A stretch of DNA of 64,000 nucleotides. Source: Octopus sinensis. Its lineage: Eukaryota. The position numbers and the translations under genes are program-made. The notes beneath the pieces are model-generated. The model did no database searches. It was not told where the DNA came from and saw only the letters and a program-made list of their open reading frames with translations. Each line of letters starts with the position of its first letter. The first letter of the stretch is position 1. Where the stretch lies: positions 164,238,001 to 164,302,000 of the forward strand of contig NC_042997.1 in the NCBI RefSeq assembly GCF_006345805.1. Reading direction: 5' to 3'. Shown here piece after piece: positions 49,129-63,231 of this stretch.

Positions 49129-49576
49129 CTTTTCTATTCTAAGCACAAGGCCCGAAAAGTTTGGGGAGGGGGCCAGTTGATTAGATGAACCCCAGTATGC
49201 AACTGGTACTTAAATTATCGCCCCTGAAAGGATGAAAGGCAAAGTCGATCTCGGCAGAATTTGAACTCTGAATGTAAAGACAGATGAAATACCGCTAAGC
49301 ATTTTGCCTGGTATGCTAACGTTTCTGCCAGCTTGCCGCCTCTTGCATGCATAATATTAGTTAGAAGTTTATGGTGAGGGGTAAGTTGATTACATGGTGA
49401 GGAGTAAGTTGATGCCATTGACCCCAGTGCTCAACCAATACATATTGTATCAACCCCAAAAGGACGAAAGGCAAAGTCAACCTCAGTGGCATTTGAACTT
49501 GGAACATAAAGATGGTCGAAATGCTGCTATGCATTTTGTCAGGTGTGCCAATCATCCTGCCAGCTCACCTCCTTAA
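49129..49576 (-). mobile_element. Two tandem family A SINEs of different subtypes sharing a thrice-repeated 15-bp flank
   Basis: TGCATGCATAATATT at 49114-49128 and 49344-49358, and TGTATGCATAATATT at 49577-49591. Confidence 0.85.
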
Positions 49577-49642
49577 TGTATGCATAATATTAAAAGATAA
49601 ATAGATGCTTACTGAATACATATTTTGTGTATTGATCTATCC

Positions 49643-49644
<2 letters not shown>

Positions 49645-49675
<31 letters not shown>

Positions 49676-49985
49676 TGTATGTATGTGTGTATGTATGTAT
49701 GTATGTATGTATATATGTATGTATGTATGCATGTATGTATGTGTGTATGTGTGTATGTATGTATGTATGCATGTATGTATATATGTATGTATGTATGTAT
49801 ATATATATGCATGTATGTATGTATGTATGTATGTGTGTATGTATGTATATGTGTATGTATATATGTATGTATGTATGATGATGATGATGATGATGTATGT
49901 ATGTATGTATGTATGTATGTATGTATGTATGTATGTATGTATGCATGTATGTATGTACGTATGTATGTATGCATGTATGTATGTA
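49645..49985. repeat. (TATG)n satellite with a (GAT)n insert
   Basis: Directly visible. Confidence 0.95.
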
Positions 49986-50463
49986 TGTATACATGAGTGT
50001 GTGTGTGTTTGCTTCTAAATATATGGATAGCATAAATATATGTGTGGCATAAATATATGTGTGACATAAATGTATGCATGGCATGCATAAATTTTATCAC
50101 ATAACCAGCTAGTTTCTAGCATTTGGTTGATAATTTTCATGCTATATGATCTGCCCACTTCATAGCTAACTTTGTACAGCAAAGACAACAACAAAAGCAT
50201 AAATTGAAGACAGAAAGAAACTTCTCAATGAATGACAGCTAAATTATTGACCAAGTATCTATCAGTTGAAGGAAGAATATATCATGCTCATTTCTAATAT
50301 ACTTTATCAAATAAATCAGCTATCTTGGTTAGTATATGTATGTGTATATATATGTATATGTATATGTATATGTATATGAGTATAACCCATGCTAGCATGG
50401 AAAACGGACGCTAAACGACGATGATGATATATATTGTTGGAATCCTTTTTGTCTCGGGAGACA

Positions 50464-50545
<82 letters not shown>

Positions 50546-51590
50546 CTCATTTTTCCATCCCACACATTAATGTCTACTACGAGAGCCTGTGCTTAGTGAC
50601 ATCAGCACAATATGCTTAAAAACATTCGTTTCCATCAAAGAATTAGTTTTCATGTACTGACATTTGATTTTTTTTTTTAATATAGTTAATATTTTGTCAT
50701 TTTAATGTACTTAGTAAAACTGTCATTTGTATCAATAGAAATTTCAAAAATAGAATTACTTTGACGTTGTAGCCATCTTTTCTGATTATCATTTAGCAAT
50801 TTGGATACACTTTATTCTAAGATAAAAAAATTTAAATTCTGCTTAGTATGCAGCTGTGTTTTAATTATGCTGAAACTATCAATTATGCACTTTTTCACTC
50901 AGACTAATACATGTTTTTTTAAGGATTACTAACCATTTAATCATTTGTTAAAATCTTATTCCAGTCACTATATTGTACCCAAGGACAGGAATTGCAATTC
51001 CAAGTCTTTGTTTTAGAATTTTCTGAAGTCTTTTTAATTTTGTTTGCTTGTTGTTAACTTTTTCTAAATTTGAAAATTCAAATTTATATTACTGAAAGGT
51101 TTTCATAAAGTAAAATCAGGTAGTGAAAATAAAGTCAGAAATTTTTTCAAACTGATTTTGAAATTTAAATTCAAATCAGGTTTCAATAAAATGTAAAATT
51201 CAAATTTTAATCAATAAAAAGATTATCAATTTTATACTGAATTTTGATTTGTCTCATATTTCATCTTTGGATACTTGCTTTTCAAATTTTATTTGAAATG
51301 CATCTCACTTTTATCAATTAGTAATTTTAAACTGTAAAATAAGTAAAATGAAAAAAAAAAGAGGCAAATTGCAAGTAAAATTATCTCCATTCAAAATTCT
51401 AATTGTTTGTTCAACTAGAGAAGGCCCATAACTCTACTTACTCGTGTTTCTGAAGTTTCTTTCCTAATTCACATAAATTTTATCATATAACCATAGAAAC
51501 CAAGCCAAAGTAGACACAAGCATAATGCACTCCTCCAACCCATTAGATACTGTCTAACTATTCATCCCATGCCAGTATAGAAGATAGACA

Positions 51591-51917
51591 CGGCGGCGAG
51601 CTGGGAGAAACTTTAGCATGCTGGGCGAAATGCTTTGCGGTATTTCGTCTGCTGCTACGTTCTGAGTTCAAATTCCACCGAGGTTGACGTTGCCTTTCAT
51701 CCTTCCGGGGCCAATTAAATAAGTACCAGTTACGCACTGGGGTCGATATTATCGACTTAATCCATTTGTCTGTCCTTGTTTGTCCTCTCTGTGTTTAGCC
51801 CCTTGTGGGTAGTAAAGAAACAGGTATTTCATCTGTCTTTATATTCTGAGTTCAAATTCCGCTGAGGTCGACTTTACCTTTCATCCGTTTGGAGTTGATA
51901 AGTTAAGTACCAGTTAA
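51591..51917 (+). mobile_element. Family A SINE followed by a partial second copy
   Basis: GGCGGCGAGCTGGGAGAAAC head; the second copy restarts at GGTATTTCATCTG (about 51822). Confidence 0.85.
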
Positions 51918-52059
51918 GTTATGGCCTGAAAATTTCAGGCCTTGAGCCTGGAGTAGAAAAGTATGGAAGATAAACATTAAAAGCTGCTGCTGCCGCTGCC
52001 ACTGCCATTGTTGCTGCTACTACTACTACTGCCACTGCTGCTACTGCTGAGTTATTGCC

Positions 52060-52905
52060 CACTTGAAGGAGATTTAGTAAATATTTCAAGCAGATTGTGC
52101 ATTCACATACAGACATCCATCATTAGCTCATTAGCTCAGACAATCACCTTTGCAGATGAAATGACCTTGGCCTTCTTTGGAGACAGTGAGGAGCGGGGTG
52201 TTTCTACTACATGGGTTTTTCTTTGTCTCTGGCTTAAAGTGATGAACCCAATAATCATCCTGCTTTGGAAACATTCAAGGAAATCAGCTGGATCTGCCTC
52301 AAACAATCTCAGATTTTCCTATGATCAGCCTGGTGTGCTTATGATCAGGTGTCTGAAGACATGGCAGCTACTGAACAGAAACTGTCATCATGCCAAGTTC
52401 ACTGTGCAGACTATTCTCAACTCTTTCACAGGATACGTTAATAGTATTGGCTATTTGATTTATAGTCAATCACCTGTCACCCATCCCCATGTGGTGATCA
52501 TGATAAATGTTTTCCTTAGTGGTGGAAGTTGCAGGACATCCAGACCTTGAGTCACCTTCAACATCTCCCTTCCCTTCCCCTACTAAGTTCAGCTACCCAC
52601 TTTTGTACTGATGATAAAGCTGGAGTGTCATCCTCTAATGTAACAACCATTTCAGCATGAATGTTGTTGGAGGCATAACCCTTTTTCTGCAGGTACTCTA
52701 CACCACAATGCCAAATTTTGTCCATTTTCAAGAGAAGTCACTACTAGTTACTTTTGAAGTGCTCTTTGAACAGTCAGATATCAGTTTGCCTGAAAAGAAA
52801 CATTGCAGTTATTAATAAGTAGAGTCGAAATTAACGCATGCAAGATTTCACAGCTGTTGCATGACTCTTTTGTAGTCAGCCTTTGAATTTTTCAGCCCAC
52901 CCTCA
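52060..52905 (-). mobile_element. 5' half of a mariner (family M1)
   Basis: TIR TCAGCCTTTGAATTTTTCAGCCCACCCTCA plus TA at 52906-52907; colinear with the other M1 copies. Confidence 0.85.
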
Positions 52906-55025
52906 TAGTTAATGGAAGATGAACATGATTTTTACAGCATAGAAACCCTACTGGAACCAGATAAGCTAGGATTTAATGCAGGGATTATAAATGATAGCAG
53001 GAGATCTCCAAAAATAAAATTAGAGTAGAATTAATAGGGTAGAGAAAGGAGATAGCAATAGAAAGAATTGACAAGAGAGTGGTTAATAACTAATTTGAAA
53101 GAGGCTGTTAGAATGGTCTTTACTACCAAAATGGTAGCAGCAACAATGACATGTGATCATCTGTTTGACATTGTTCAAACTAATGTGCATTTCCTAAAGT
53201 ACTGATTGATCCAGGTAGCAGAAGCACATTATAAAAAACTGAGGTTTTGATAGGTAATGTAGGGTGTATAATATCCAATTCCAAGTGGATGTAATAGCTT
53301 TTTAACAGCACTTTGTTGAACTGCCCTGGAGAAGAGGTGGGTAATAGATGGTGGATTTCTTCTATAGTCAGCTGCAAATCATCAAGGGAAAGAGTGGAGT
53401 GGTGTTCAAATCCAGTTTCAGTTTTTGAATTAACAAACATTTTATCCAGTTGTGCAAGAAGTAAGTTTCCAGAATATTGAATAGTTTTCCCTACTTCACT
53501 GTAGAATGCTATATTTGTTCATTCTTCCCTTAGCAGAAATGTTTTAGAACTAGAATCAGTTCAGACAAATGGAATTCCAGCTGTATGAGCTGATGAGTTG
53601 TGGCATTACTGAGGCAGGATGTAAACAAGAAGTACATTACAGAAAATGTTAGGCCCATTACTCAATTAAATAGAGAGTTGAAAATTTTGGCCAAGGTTGG
53701 TACTTTTTATGAATAGTATTGTTGGCCTTGCACTAACCTGTGCAGTCAGGGACAGACTTGTCATGAACAACCTTCAGCATATGTAATACATTGTAGAGAG
53801 GTTTTGTTCTTGATCAGGTTTTAGGGTAGCACTGATCAATCTGGAATCATTTAAAATGTTCCCTAGAGTTTACAAGTGGTACCTGTTGGCTGTATAATAT
53901 ACAACCAGTTTCAGTTAGGTATTTAAGGATGGGACAGCTGCATTGTTCAGTGGCATTTTATTTGTGTTTGTAGAGGTAAATAGCCACCTAATAGAACAGT
54001 TTAATATTGAGCACTCAGACTGTCTGATAATACATAATGGAGGAGATATTTATCACTTCTGTTTATCTTTCAACATTTGATTCCTCTCAGCCCAATTCTG
54101 GATGAGACTGGCAGCCCCATCATCCTAGATCCAATTCCCCTGGTGGTTGGGGCCAAACCAACCCCAAACACTTTAACCTGACTGTTGCTCCAGTGACTGT
54201 CATCACTGCACCTGGCAGATATGAACTTGCATTTCCAGGTGTCTAGTTGCAAGCACACTAATTTGTTTTGATTAATGAGTGTTCTTTTACCAACCTAATA
54301 TCCATTCAGTATGGTGTCGACCACCTCAATTTCCATTCTGTCCTGCATCATAACATTAAATATGTATATGTCAGTGAATAAAATGTTATATTCAATTCAT
54401 CATATTTCCAACAATAATACATTAATTATGAAATAATTGTGTCTTTAAAGAATGGAAGACTGTTTACACTTAAATATCGAAGTAAAACAAAGTATGATTC
54501 CTTACCACAAGTCATTGTTATCGAACTGCATCGAACTGCATGCCAGACACAACAAAGTCATCATTTGACTGGTAGAATATTGTTTAGTTATACAAAGTAA
54601 ATGTTGTACCAGTTAACAAAACAACATTGAAAGACAAAATTCATGATGTGCTAGAGTTTTGTTCTGAACTGTCAGGCTACCTTTTTTTTCATATAACTAA
54701 AATAGTTGGTATTTCGCAAAGAAATATAATGAAACATAGATAATTGTTACAACAATGGCTTTATTTAATAAACTAAGTGTAAATTACAACCATATTTGTC
54801 TTTAGTTCATTTTATATATAACTCCATTAACACATCCTCGGAATCTGCATTTATAATCATTGTCTTCAATTTAAGCTCATTTTAGGTGTCAACATAGAAT
54901 AGTTGAGTCATTTATTCCAAAGTACATTCAAGCCAAGGACTATGAAACAACTTCAAGAAATCTCTGTAGGAGTCAAATGCAGGCTTTACTAGTTTGGCAT
55001 AATCTTTACAAGCATGGAAGTACCA

Positions 55026-55101
55026 CTAGTTTCCATGTTGGTCATCATGATCAACATTATTAGGATACACATTCTCTACTACACTAAGGTAATTTTGTAA
55101 C
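55026..55101 (-). CDS. Candidate terminal coding exon (LQNYLSVVENVYPNNVDHDDQHGN*) of an unidentified gene
   Basis: Strong acceptor TTCTTTTTTCAG at 55102 and above, an open frame to TAG at 55026-55028, and AATAAA at 54916-54911. There is no homology support. Confidence 0.3.
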
Positions 55102-58089
55102 CTGAAAAAAGAATAGATTTAAAGTTATTTAGCCACATCAAAGGCATTCCAGTCATGCTGTACAATACTATCCAAAGAAAAAGGGTAAAGACTCCCTTCA
55201 TTCATGAATAACCATGGGATTGTACCTAGAAAGTTCCCCTCTGAAACACAATGTTATCCAAGGCAAAGGCCAATACCGTTTGGTACCAGTCATGTCACAA
55301 CTCATTTCTACACCCTTTTTCCCATGCCACCAATGTTATCCAAGAGAAAGGCAAAGGCCAATACAGTTTGGTACCAATGATGTCACAACTCATTTCTACA
55401 GCTGAGTGAACTGGAGCAATGTGAAATAAAGTGTCTTGCTCAAGATCACAACACAATTCGGTCCAGGAATTGAACTCTCTACCTCATGATTGTTAGCTTG
55501 ATGTTGTCTTCACAAAACCAAAGTATCCTTTTTTATAAGATAGTAGGATGTGAATTAAGGGAGCTTTTGACTGCTATTTCTAGCAGAGTGAGCGACTATG
55601 AAGTGGCTTCTTCATTGAGTTGAATATGTTTGGGATTGTAGTTACCTCTTTTGTTTGAGACTGTTTATAGATGTACATATACAAGGGGCACTATTTTACA
55701 TACCACACCTCTGATTTACCAGTGAGGTAAAGCAACAAGGGAACATCCGTATAGTTGCTCAATCTGCTAGAAATAGCAACCCAATTCTTCTTAGTTCAGC
55801 CTTTTTATCAACTTGAAAAAGAATGAACACTGGATGATGTAGTACTGAATACATTATCTAAAAATCAGATGGGACAGTCAATGCTGATCATTAGTCTCCT
55901 TAATTAGAGATAACCTCAAGCTAACTTTTATAAGTAGAAGGTCCTTCATGTTTACTTTCAGTGTGTTTTCTTACTGATCTTCTGACCCTGAGATCATAGG
56001 GACATTTTTTGTTATTATACCTCTAATTTTAATTATTTCCTCCTGGGAAATTTTTCAATCTCCTTCACAGAAATGTTTTTATTGATTGAACAAACACATC
56101 AATCAATGTGAAAATACTGCCTTTTCTTTTGTGTTTGGAGAAATGTCAGAATGAATCAGCTCCCTTTTTTTTCTGTTTGTGTGTATTTATACTTCTGAGA
56201 TGGCAGTAATGTTCTATTTTCTACTATAACCTCTGATCAATTTCTATACTGATTTTCTTTCAAAGGAATTCTGTTTCTTTTGGGGTGGAGTGACATATTT
56301 TCAATGTTCATTGAAGCATTTTGCTGGCCTTGGGCATCTATTTAAGAGGTGGACTAAAAGCTAGCCACGTATTGCATGCAGACTTGATGTTTTGCTGTAA
56401 CATGTAATCTTTATAGCACAAAGATTTTAACTTTTATAGAATTTTTTAATTGATTTCAAAGAAAGAAAGGGTTAGTGACCATTGCGTCTACAGTTCCTCA
56501 GTTAATGTCTCTCATGAATAGTTACAAGTTGATGTCTGCTGGAAAATTGGGCAAGGTCTGGAATTCTAGAAGGTTGACTTTCTTAAGAGCAGGGACTGAG
56601 ATTAGAGGTTAAAGGCTTAACAAACCAGTAATTATTTAGATTTTTGTTGCCAATTTCAGATATACATTTTGGAGAAACAGATAGTAGTTCCATTGGTTGT
56701 CACAGTCAAATTTATTTATTTCATTTATTTATGAGGAGCAGGGTTGGATTTGTCCTCTGAAAGGTTTAAGTTTTCTCTTGCAAAGCTTGTTTTATAATCA
56801 TTCTTATTTCTTTCACTTCCATCTTCATGTTTTGCCACTCATTGCAAGTATCGTAGGAGTTGTTCAACCCTTTATCAGTTCTGAAATTGATGATCAAAAC
56901 CATTCCAACCATGACCATTCTGCCATTTTTCTCAGCTCAGTGCATGCTACATCACAGTACCTAACATGTTCTCCTTTTTGATAAGAACTAAGTGTACTTT
57001 AGGAAATATTTGGCAGCTATTTCTAGCATATCTAGCGACCACTAGAAGGTTCCATCATTGGCTCAATGTACATTTTGTTATTATTCCTATTTATGCTATG
57101 TATTCTTATGCTTTCTTTAGTCTCTACAGAGTTTCATTTCTTGATTTTGTCATTGTTGTGAGCTATGATGCAATGGCTGATATGTGGAAGAGGGAGACCT
57201 AGGAAGACAGGGGACAAAGTACTGAGGGGTAACCTCAGGATACAGCACCTTTCAGACGAGATGACAAAGGACCAAGATACGTGGCACCTAGCTGTACTCA
57301 AGAAGACTTGCACTCCACAGTAGAAGTGTTAAAGCCACCCCCACCCCCTGCCAGCTCCAGTCAAACCATCTAACCTGTGCTAGCATAGAAAATAGATATT
57401 AAATGATGATGATGATGATGATTGATGATGTAGCTGGAAAATATGAAGGTGCAACCCAGAGGCCCAGTGCTTTTGATATACTATATCCTCTTTCACTCAC
57501 TCACTCTCTCTCTCCTTCTCCCACCTCTCTCTCTCCTCTCTCTCATCAAGGTTTATTCTGTGTATCCCAAGATACAGTGGTTTATCACATGGAGAACAAT
57601 GTAATATAGTCTGTGTTAGCCTGCATATATATAATTGTTCTGATAAGACCAGATATTTGGAGGAAAGAGTGATTTTAGTGACTCCAGTATTTTGATCAGT
57701 AATTTATTCTATCAACGCTTGGAAGTAAAAAAGTTAATCACAATATGAAGGAAAGTATTCAACCATTTAAAGAGGTTTTAAAAACAACTTCTTTCTCTAG
57801 TTTGCCCTGGTGTATAAAACAGGACATGTACATTAAGCTTTGTGATATAGTTTACTAAGCAATGAGTAGAGTTCAGGGCAAACTAGTGCAGGTTAGAATC
57901 AGCAAATAATGAGTACAAACAGTTCAAAATGGATTAAATCAATTTTTTAGGAGGGAACAGATAAGTCTGAAGTTTCATTTCTACCCTTTCTGGAAATCAT
58001 TTATATTTCTTCCAGCAAAAGATTTGTCCAAAATGTTAGACCTTTTTTCCTTTTCCTTACAGTAAATCAATTTATTCCTCCCTTTGAAC

Positions 58090-58420
58090 TCATCATCATC
58101 GTTTAACGTCCGTTTTCCATGCTAGCATGGGTTGGACGGTTCGACCGGGGTCTTGGAAGCCAGGAGGCTGCACCGGGCTCCAGTCTGATCTGGCAGTATT
58201 TCTACAGCTCGATGCCCTTCCTAAAGCCAACCACTCCGTGAGTGTAGTTGGTGCTTTTTACGTGCCACCCGCACAGATGCCAGGGGAGGCTGGCAACGGC
58301 CACGATTGGTTGGTGCTTTCTATGTGCCACTGGCACAGGTATCACAACTACAATTTCCATTTGATTTTTTGATGTTGATGTACTTGACTCAATAGGTCTC
58401 CTCAAGCACAGCAGGTCACC
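58090..58420 (-). mobile_element. RTE 3'-UTR fragment
   Basis: Near-identical to 41372-41600. Confidence 0.85.
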
Positions 58421-60259
58421 CTATGATCCAAGGTAAGCTCAGAAGGCCATCCTGCGATTCAAGGCACTTTGGATCGGCTGGGGCATTTATGTGAAGCTGG
58501 TGCAGGAAACAGCCATGAACTCACGTTATTTGTCGGGTCTTCTTTGTTATTGAGAAGCTGTTCACATTCAAATTTATTACATTAAAACTGTAGGTTACTA
58601 CTGGATGAAGGGTGATAGAAATGATGTTGTAGAGTGTACACTTCAATGTCATTTATATGTTTTTATTCTGTTTAATTTACTATTTAATATTCTAAGCAGA
58701 TCAGCTCCTCTATTATGGGATATTTCTTTGGATTTTTGCTGATACTATGTACTTGTACACCTCAACTGTTATTATCCAAGCCAATGAGGAGGCCTCTAGA
58801 TGATCATTCAGCTTGCAAGAAATTACAGCCAAATCATCCTCAAATCTCACCTCATCATCTTGGAAAAAGCACATTGTATAATCTTGCACATAGAAAAAAA
58901 GGTGGGATGGTCACTGTTGGAATGCTTTTGATCACAGCTCTACATGAATTAGAACTGACCTGGTGCTAAACAAAAACAAATATTATTTAATGTCTTGTCA
59001 TAATTCCAGCTTCAGTGTTTACTAATTTGATTAGGCTGCCTTGTCAAAGAGTGGTTCAGGCACATTTGTCAAAACTAACTTTCAATAGCAATATCAAAGC
59101 TAAAATGCTTAACTCTGTTTCAAAAAAGATATTCCAAGCGTGTCTCTCAATTACCATTCAACTTTATATCTTCTATTTAAAGCAGATGATTTATCTTGAT
59201 TCTGTTGACTTTCTAGCTATATCTGGTAGAATATAGAGCTGTGGTTAATGGAGCAAGAACTAGGCAGAATAATTGTAGGTATAAAGTCTCCATGGAATAT
59301 TCTGTTCATCTAATTTGTTTGAGTGACCTCACTATTATTTTGTGTTACATTTGTCCTCCATTTACGCATGCTGGTTTTCAAGAAACCAACAACTAACAAT
59401 AATAATATGAACATTTTCATAGATTCTTCAATGAGGGTATTTCCATAAATAATCAAAGCAGTATTTGTTTTTTTTCTTTTTGGTTTTTGTCTAAAGTTTT
59501 CATACATTATTTTGTTCATTAAGAACTTGTCAATGTGGTTGTACATTCGTTCTTAGTTGTTAATATTTTTGTATATTAGCTGAACAGGTTTCACATCATC
59601 TCTGGTATGTTTTTTATGACTGAATGCCCTTCCTACCACCAACCTCCTTGTTATATTATAATTATATTTAGAAATTCAAATAAGAAAAAAAAGAGTAATA
59701 GAATTTCAAGATATATATTTCAAGACATTGATAAATCTTACTTTTCGATTTAGTCTTAAAGATAATTGGATAGATAATTGGTTTATAAGCTCTGGTATCA
59801 TTTGTGTTTTTGCTTTAATACCTATTTCTCTGTACCTATATGAAAAATATTTGTTGAAGCAAAATTCTTTACATTCAGATGTTCTTCCTGGTGCCACCAT
59901 TCACTTGTTTCTAAGAAATGTAATAATGTTTATATGACTGTGAAATTTGTTTACAATTAATGCACTATGTCAAGACAGAGAGACACATATGCAAACCATA
60001 AATAATACATATATTTGTATGTGTATGCGTGATGTGTGTGTGCATGCGTGCATGTGCATATACATGTATATGCAACAGACTTCTTTCCAGTTTACACTTA
60101 CTTGATTTATTCATAAAGCTTTGCTTAACCCAGTGCTTGTACAAGATCTTACACAGTGGGACTGAACTTGAAACCACATGTTTGCAAAGTGAACTTCTCA
60201 ATCATGTAGCCATGAGAAATAAATATAACTGTAAGTCATTAAGAATAGATAAATTTCTG

Positions 60260-60900
60260 ATAATCTAGATCATCATTTAATGTCCATTGTCCATGCTGGC
60301 ATGGGTTGGACGGTTTGACCAGGGTCGGTAAGCTGAGGGGCTGCATCAAACGCCAGTCTGATTTGGCATGGTTTCTATGCCAACCACTCTGTGAGTGTAA
60401 TGGGTGCCTTTTACGTGCCAGCGGCACAGGTACCAGTTATGTGACACTGGCATCAGCTACATTGCCTCTGTGAGGTCCAACACTTGAATGGTGCTTATTA
60501 TGTGCCAGTTATGTGATACCAGCATTGGCTATGACTACGATTTCCCTTGGCTTGATGGGTCTTCTCAAGCACAGCATATTGCCAAAGGTCTCGGTCACTA
60601 GTCATTGCTTCCATGAGGTCCAACGTTCAAAGATCATGCTTCTTCACCTTGTCCCATGTCTTCCTGGGTCTACCTCTGCCACAGGTTCCCTCCACAGATA
60701 GAGATTGGCACTTCTTTACACAGTTGTCGTTATCCATATGCATTACATGATCATACAGCACAGCTGTCCCTCTTGCACACCACACCTGATGCCTCTTATG
60801 CCCAACTTTTCTCTCAAGATGCTCACACTCTGTTGTACAGGCATACTAGTGAAACATACTAGTTTCATGCTGTTATGTTGTAGACCCAGATCAGTACTGA
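60260..60900 (-). mobile_element. Older RTE 3' fragment
   Basis: ORF 60743-60931 contains QSVSILREKLGIRGIRCGVQE; 3' UTR units are present. Confidence 0.8.
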
Positions 60901-61799
60901 TCAAGCAACTCCATGGTACAACCAGGTACAATCCAAATATCTACTGTTTCTTGACAGTCCACACCTTTGGTTATGAAGAATCATGCTATGTGCTCCAACA
61001 TGCAGTGAGTTAGTATATGTGATGCAGTGTGACGATACAGGAATGTTGTTTTTGTAGTTCTGGAATAGAAGGATTAAGTAAAGTGGGACACTGTGAAGAA
61101 GGGCAGGGTCATCAAGTAGTTTTAAGAGGTGGCAAACAGTTTACTAGTTCAGAGAAACAGAAGTTATTGTAATAGTAGAGAAGATAGAGAAATGGTATAT
61201 GCATGATCTAGAGGTTGTAGAGAAAATCTCCTCCAATCTTCCAGGTGGCCTTCTTTGAAAACACAAAAATGTTCATGTTTTATAGAAGCAGCACCATTCC
61301 ATTAGAGCACAGAAGTACTAATCTTGTTAAGACTCATCTAATTAGTCAATTAGCTTGAGACTAATATAACGGTGGCACTACTGTACATCCTCTTAGATTT
61401 TGTAACAGCATATGCTGATACTATTTCATCAATTATTTCAAATAACATTTCCAGTACTAACTAGTTAACTAAATTTACTAATTTACATGGCATTTATGTA
61501 TCCTCATGCATTCAACTGTTCAGTAAATATCCCCTTCACTGTCTTTCTCACTATACTGAGACTAATCTTAGTAGATGGTCTCTTTGTAGATCCTAACTAT
61601 CTTTCAAATATTCTTTTGGAACTTTTCATTATGTACTCCTCTACCTGTTTCATTTCACTGTCATTGGAGAGTAAATGTGACAGTATCATTCTAGATCCAT
61701 TTTTTTCCCCTGTTGACATTACCTTTTAGTCTGAAATACTTCATACCTCTTATCCCTATGATCAAAATAGTGATAAATATCCTGCTCTCAACCTTCTTG

Positions 61800-62010
61800 A
61801 CATTAAAGGCAACAAACTGGCAGAATCTTTTGCACATCGGGCAAAATGCTTAGTGGCATTTCACCCATCTTTACATTCTGAGTTCAAATTCCCCTGAGAT
61901 CAACTTTACTTTTTATCCTTTTGGAGTTGATAAAATAAGTACTAGTTGAACACTGGAATCAATGTAATCGATTTACTCCTTCTTGAAATTGCCTGCCTTC
62001 AACCAAAATT
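61800..62010 (+). mobile_element. Old family A SINE
   Basis: GGCAGAATC...CTGAGTTCAAATTCCC...TTTTATCCTTTTGGAGTTGATAAAATAAGTAC. Confidence 0.75.
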
Positions 62011-62657
62011 TGAAACCTTTCTGACATTATTCTCCCTGCTTAATTTCATGGTGTCCTTATTTGCTTCCCACATTTTTTAATTCCTCTCAGGCTAATCCCT
62101 TAGTTCTAATAATGTTACTCACATGCTTCATTATCCATAGACCATTTTTGTGATTGGCAACAGATTGTCTTTGAAGAATTCTCAGTTTTCTCTCATATAC
62201 TTCTCTATTTCATTTTTTTGAATAGGTGACATCTTGTACAAATTAGAAATTTTACATAACAGGAGGCTTCCATATTTTCCTTACCTTAGATATCATTTCA
62301 TGACCTGATGAAGGAATCCCTACTTAGTTACATGATTTGATAAAAATCGCAACGAAATTTCTTTTACATAGCACCCTACCTTCTTCTTCAAGTGCCTTCC
62401 CTACAGGCAAAGGATCTCCATGCTTTACTATCCCTCAGACATCTCAACATATCATTGCGCATTGAGTCAGTCTTTCTGAAGCTAGCTCCTAAGCCACTGA
62501 GCATCTCTTGTTTTTGTACTTTCCAGTTACTTCTTTTCATTTTCTTTGTTGTCACCAAATGCTCAAGGCTTCTTTTCCTTTTCTTGACATCCCAGTCAAC
62601 TTTGTGTGTTGCCTCCTTATGTTGTTAAGAAACTTTCTGGGATCTTTGCTTATTTAA

Positions 62658-62858
62658 CTCTTTAGTATTTAAGCCAGCCATATCTGGCCAAAATATTCTA
62701 CCTGTTTTATGTTCAAACTGGCCAGATATAACTTCATACACCTACCCAGCACAACCACATCATTGAAATATTGAAGCCATGAGACAACACATGATTAATT
62801 TAAAGCAATATGAATAAATAAACATTATATTTAACAGAATAATCTGAAAACTAAAGGG
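62658..62858. mobile_element. piggyBac-like MITE (second family)
   Basis: TTAA-CTCTTTAGT ... ACTAAAGGG-TTAA: imperfect TIRs with TTAA flanks. Confidence 0.6.
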
Positions 62859-63231
62859 TTAAAGACCTTCTTATTTGTCATTCTGATCCGCAGAGGATAC
62901 CTCTACCATTCGTTTAGTGAACCACGTCTCTGTAGAAATGATAAGCATTTATATCTTACTATCTTTAATAAAATAAAAGGAGAAACATAGATATTGGTTG
63001 GAATGCTTTTGATTATAGATCTGCTCAATCTAGGTTGAAATAGAGACTAAACAACAACGATATGCTATTTTATACTTTATCTTCCTCACTTTCAGCAGAT
63101 GTCACTAATTAGTAATCTATATTAAAGTAGCACAGTTCTCACAGGGCATGCTTTTGATACACATAGCCATGTCTTTTCTTGGGATAAAGTCACGTTTGCT
63201 CTTCCCCATCATAATCATCACCCCACTACCA

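Noticed and set aside
53100-54260. Protein-like stretches (e.g. PILDETGSPIILDPIPLVVG; LTIEEIHHLLPTSSPGQ)
   Set aside because: They are too decayed to assign; possibly old LINE debris.
56240-56700. Weak similarity to a CR1/L2 C-terminus on the minus strand
   Set aside because: Only a few scattered residues match.
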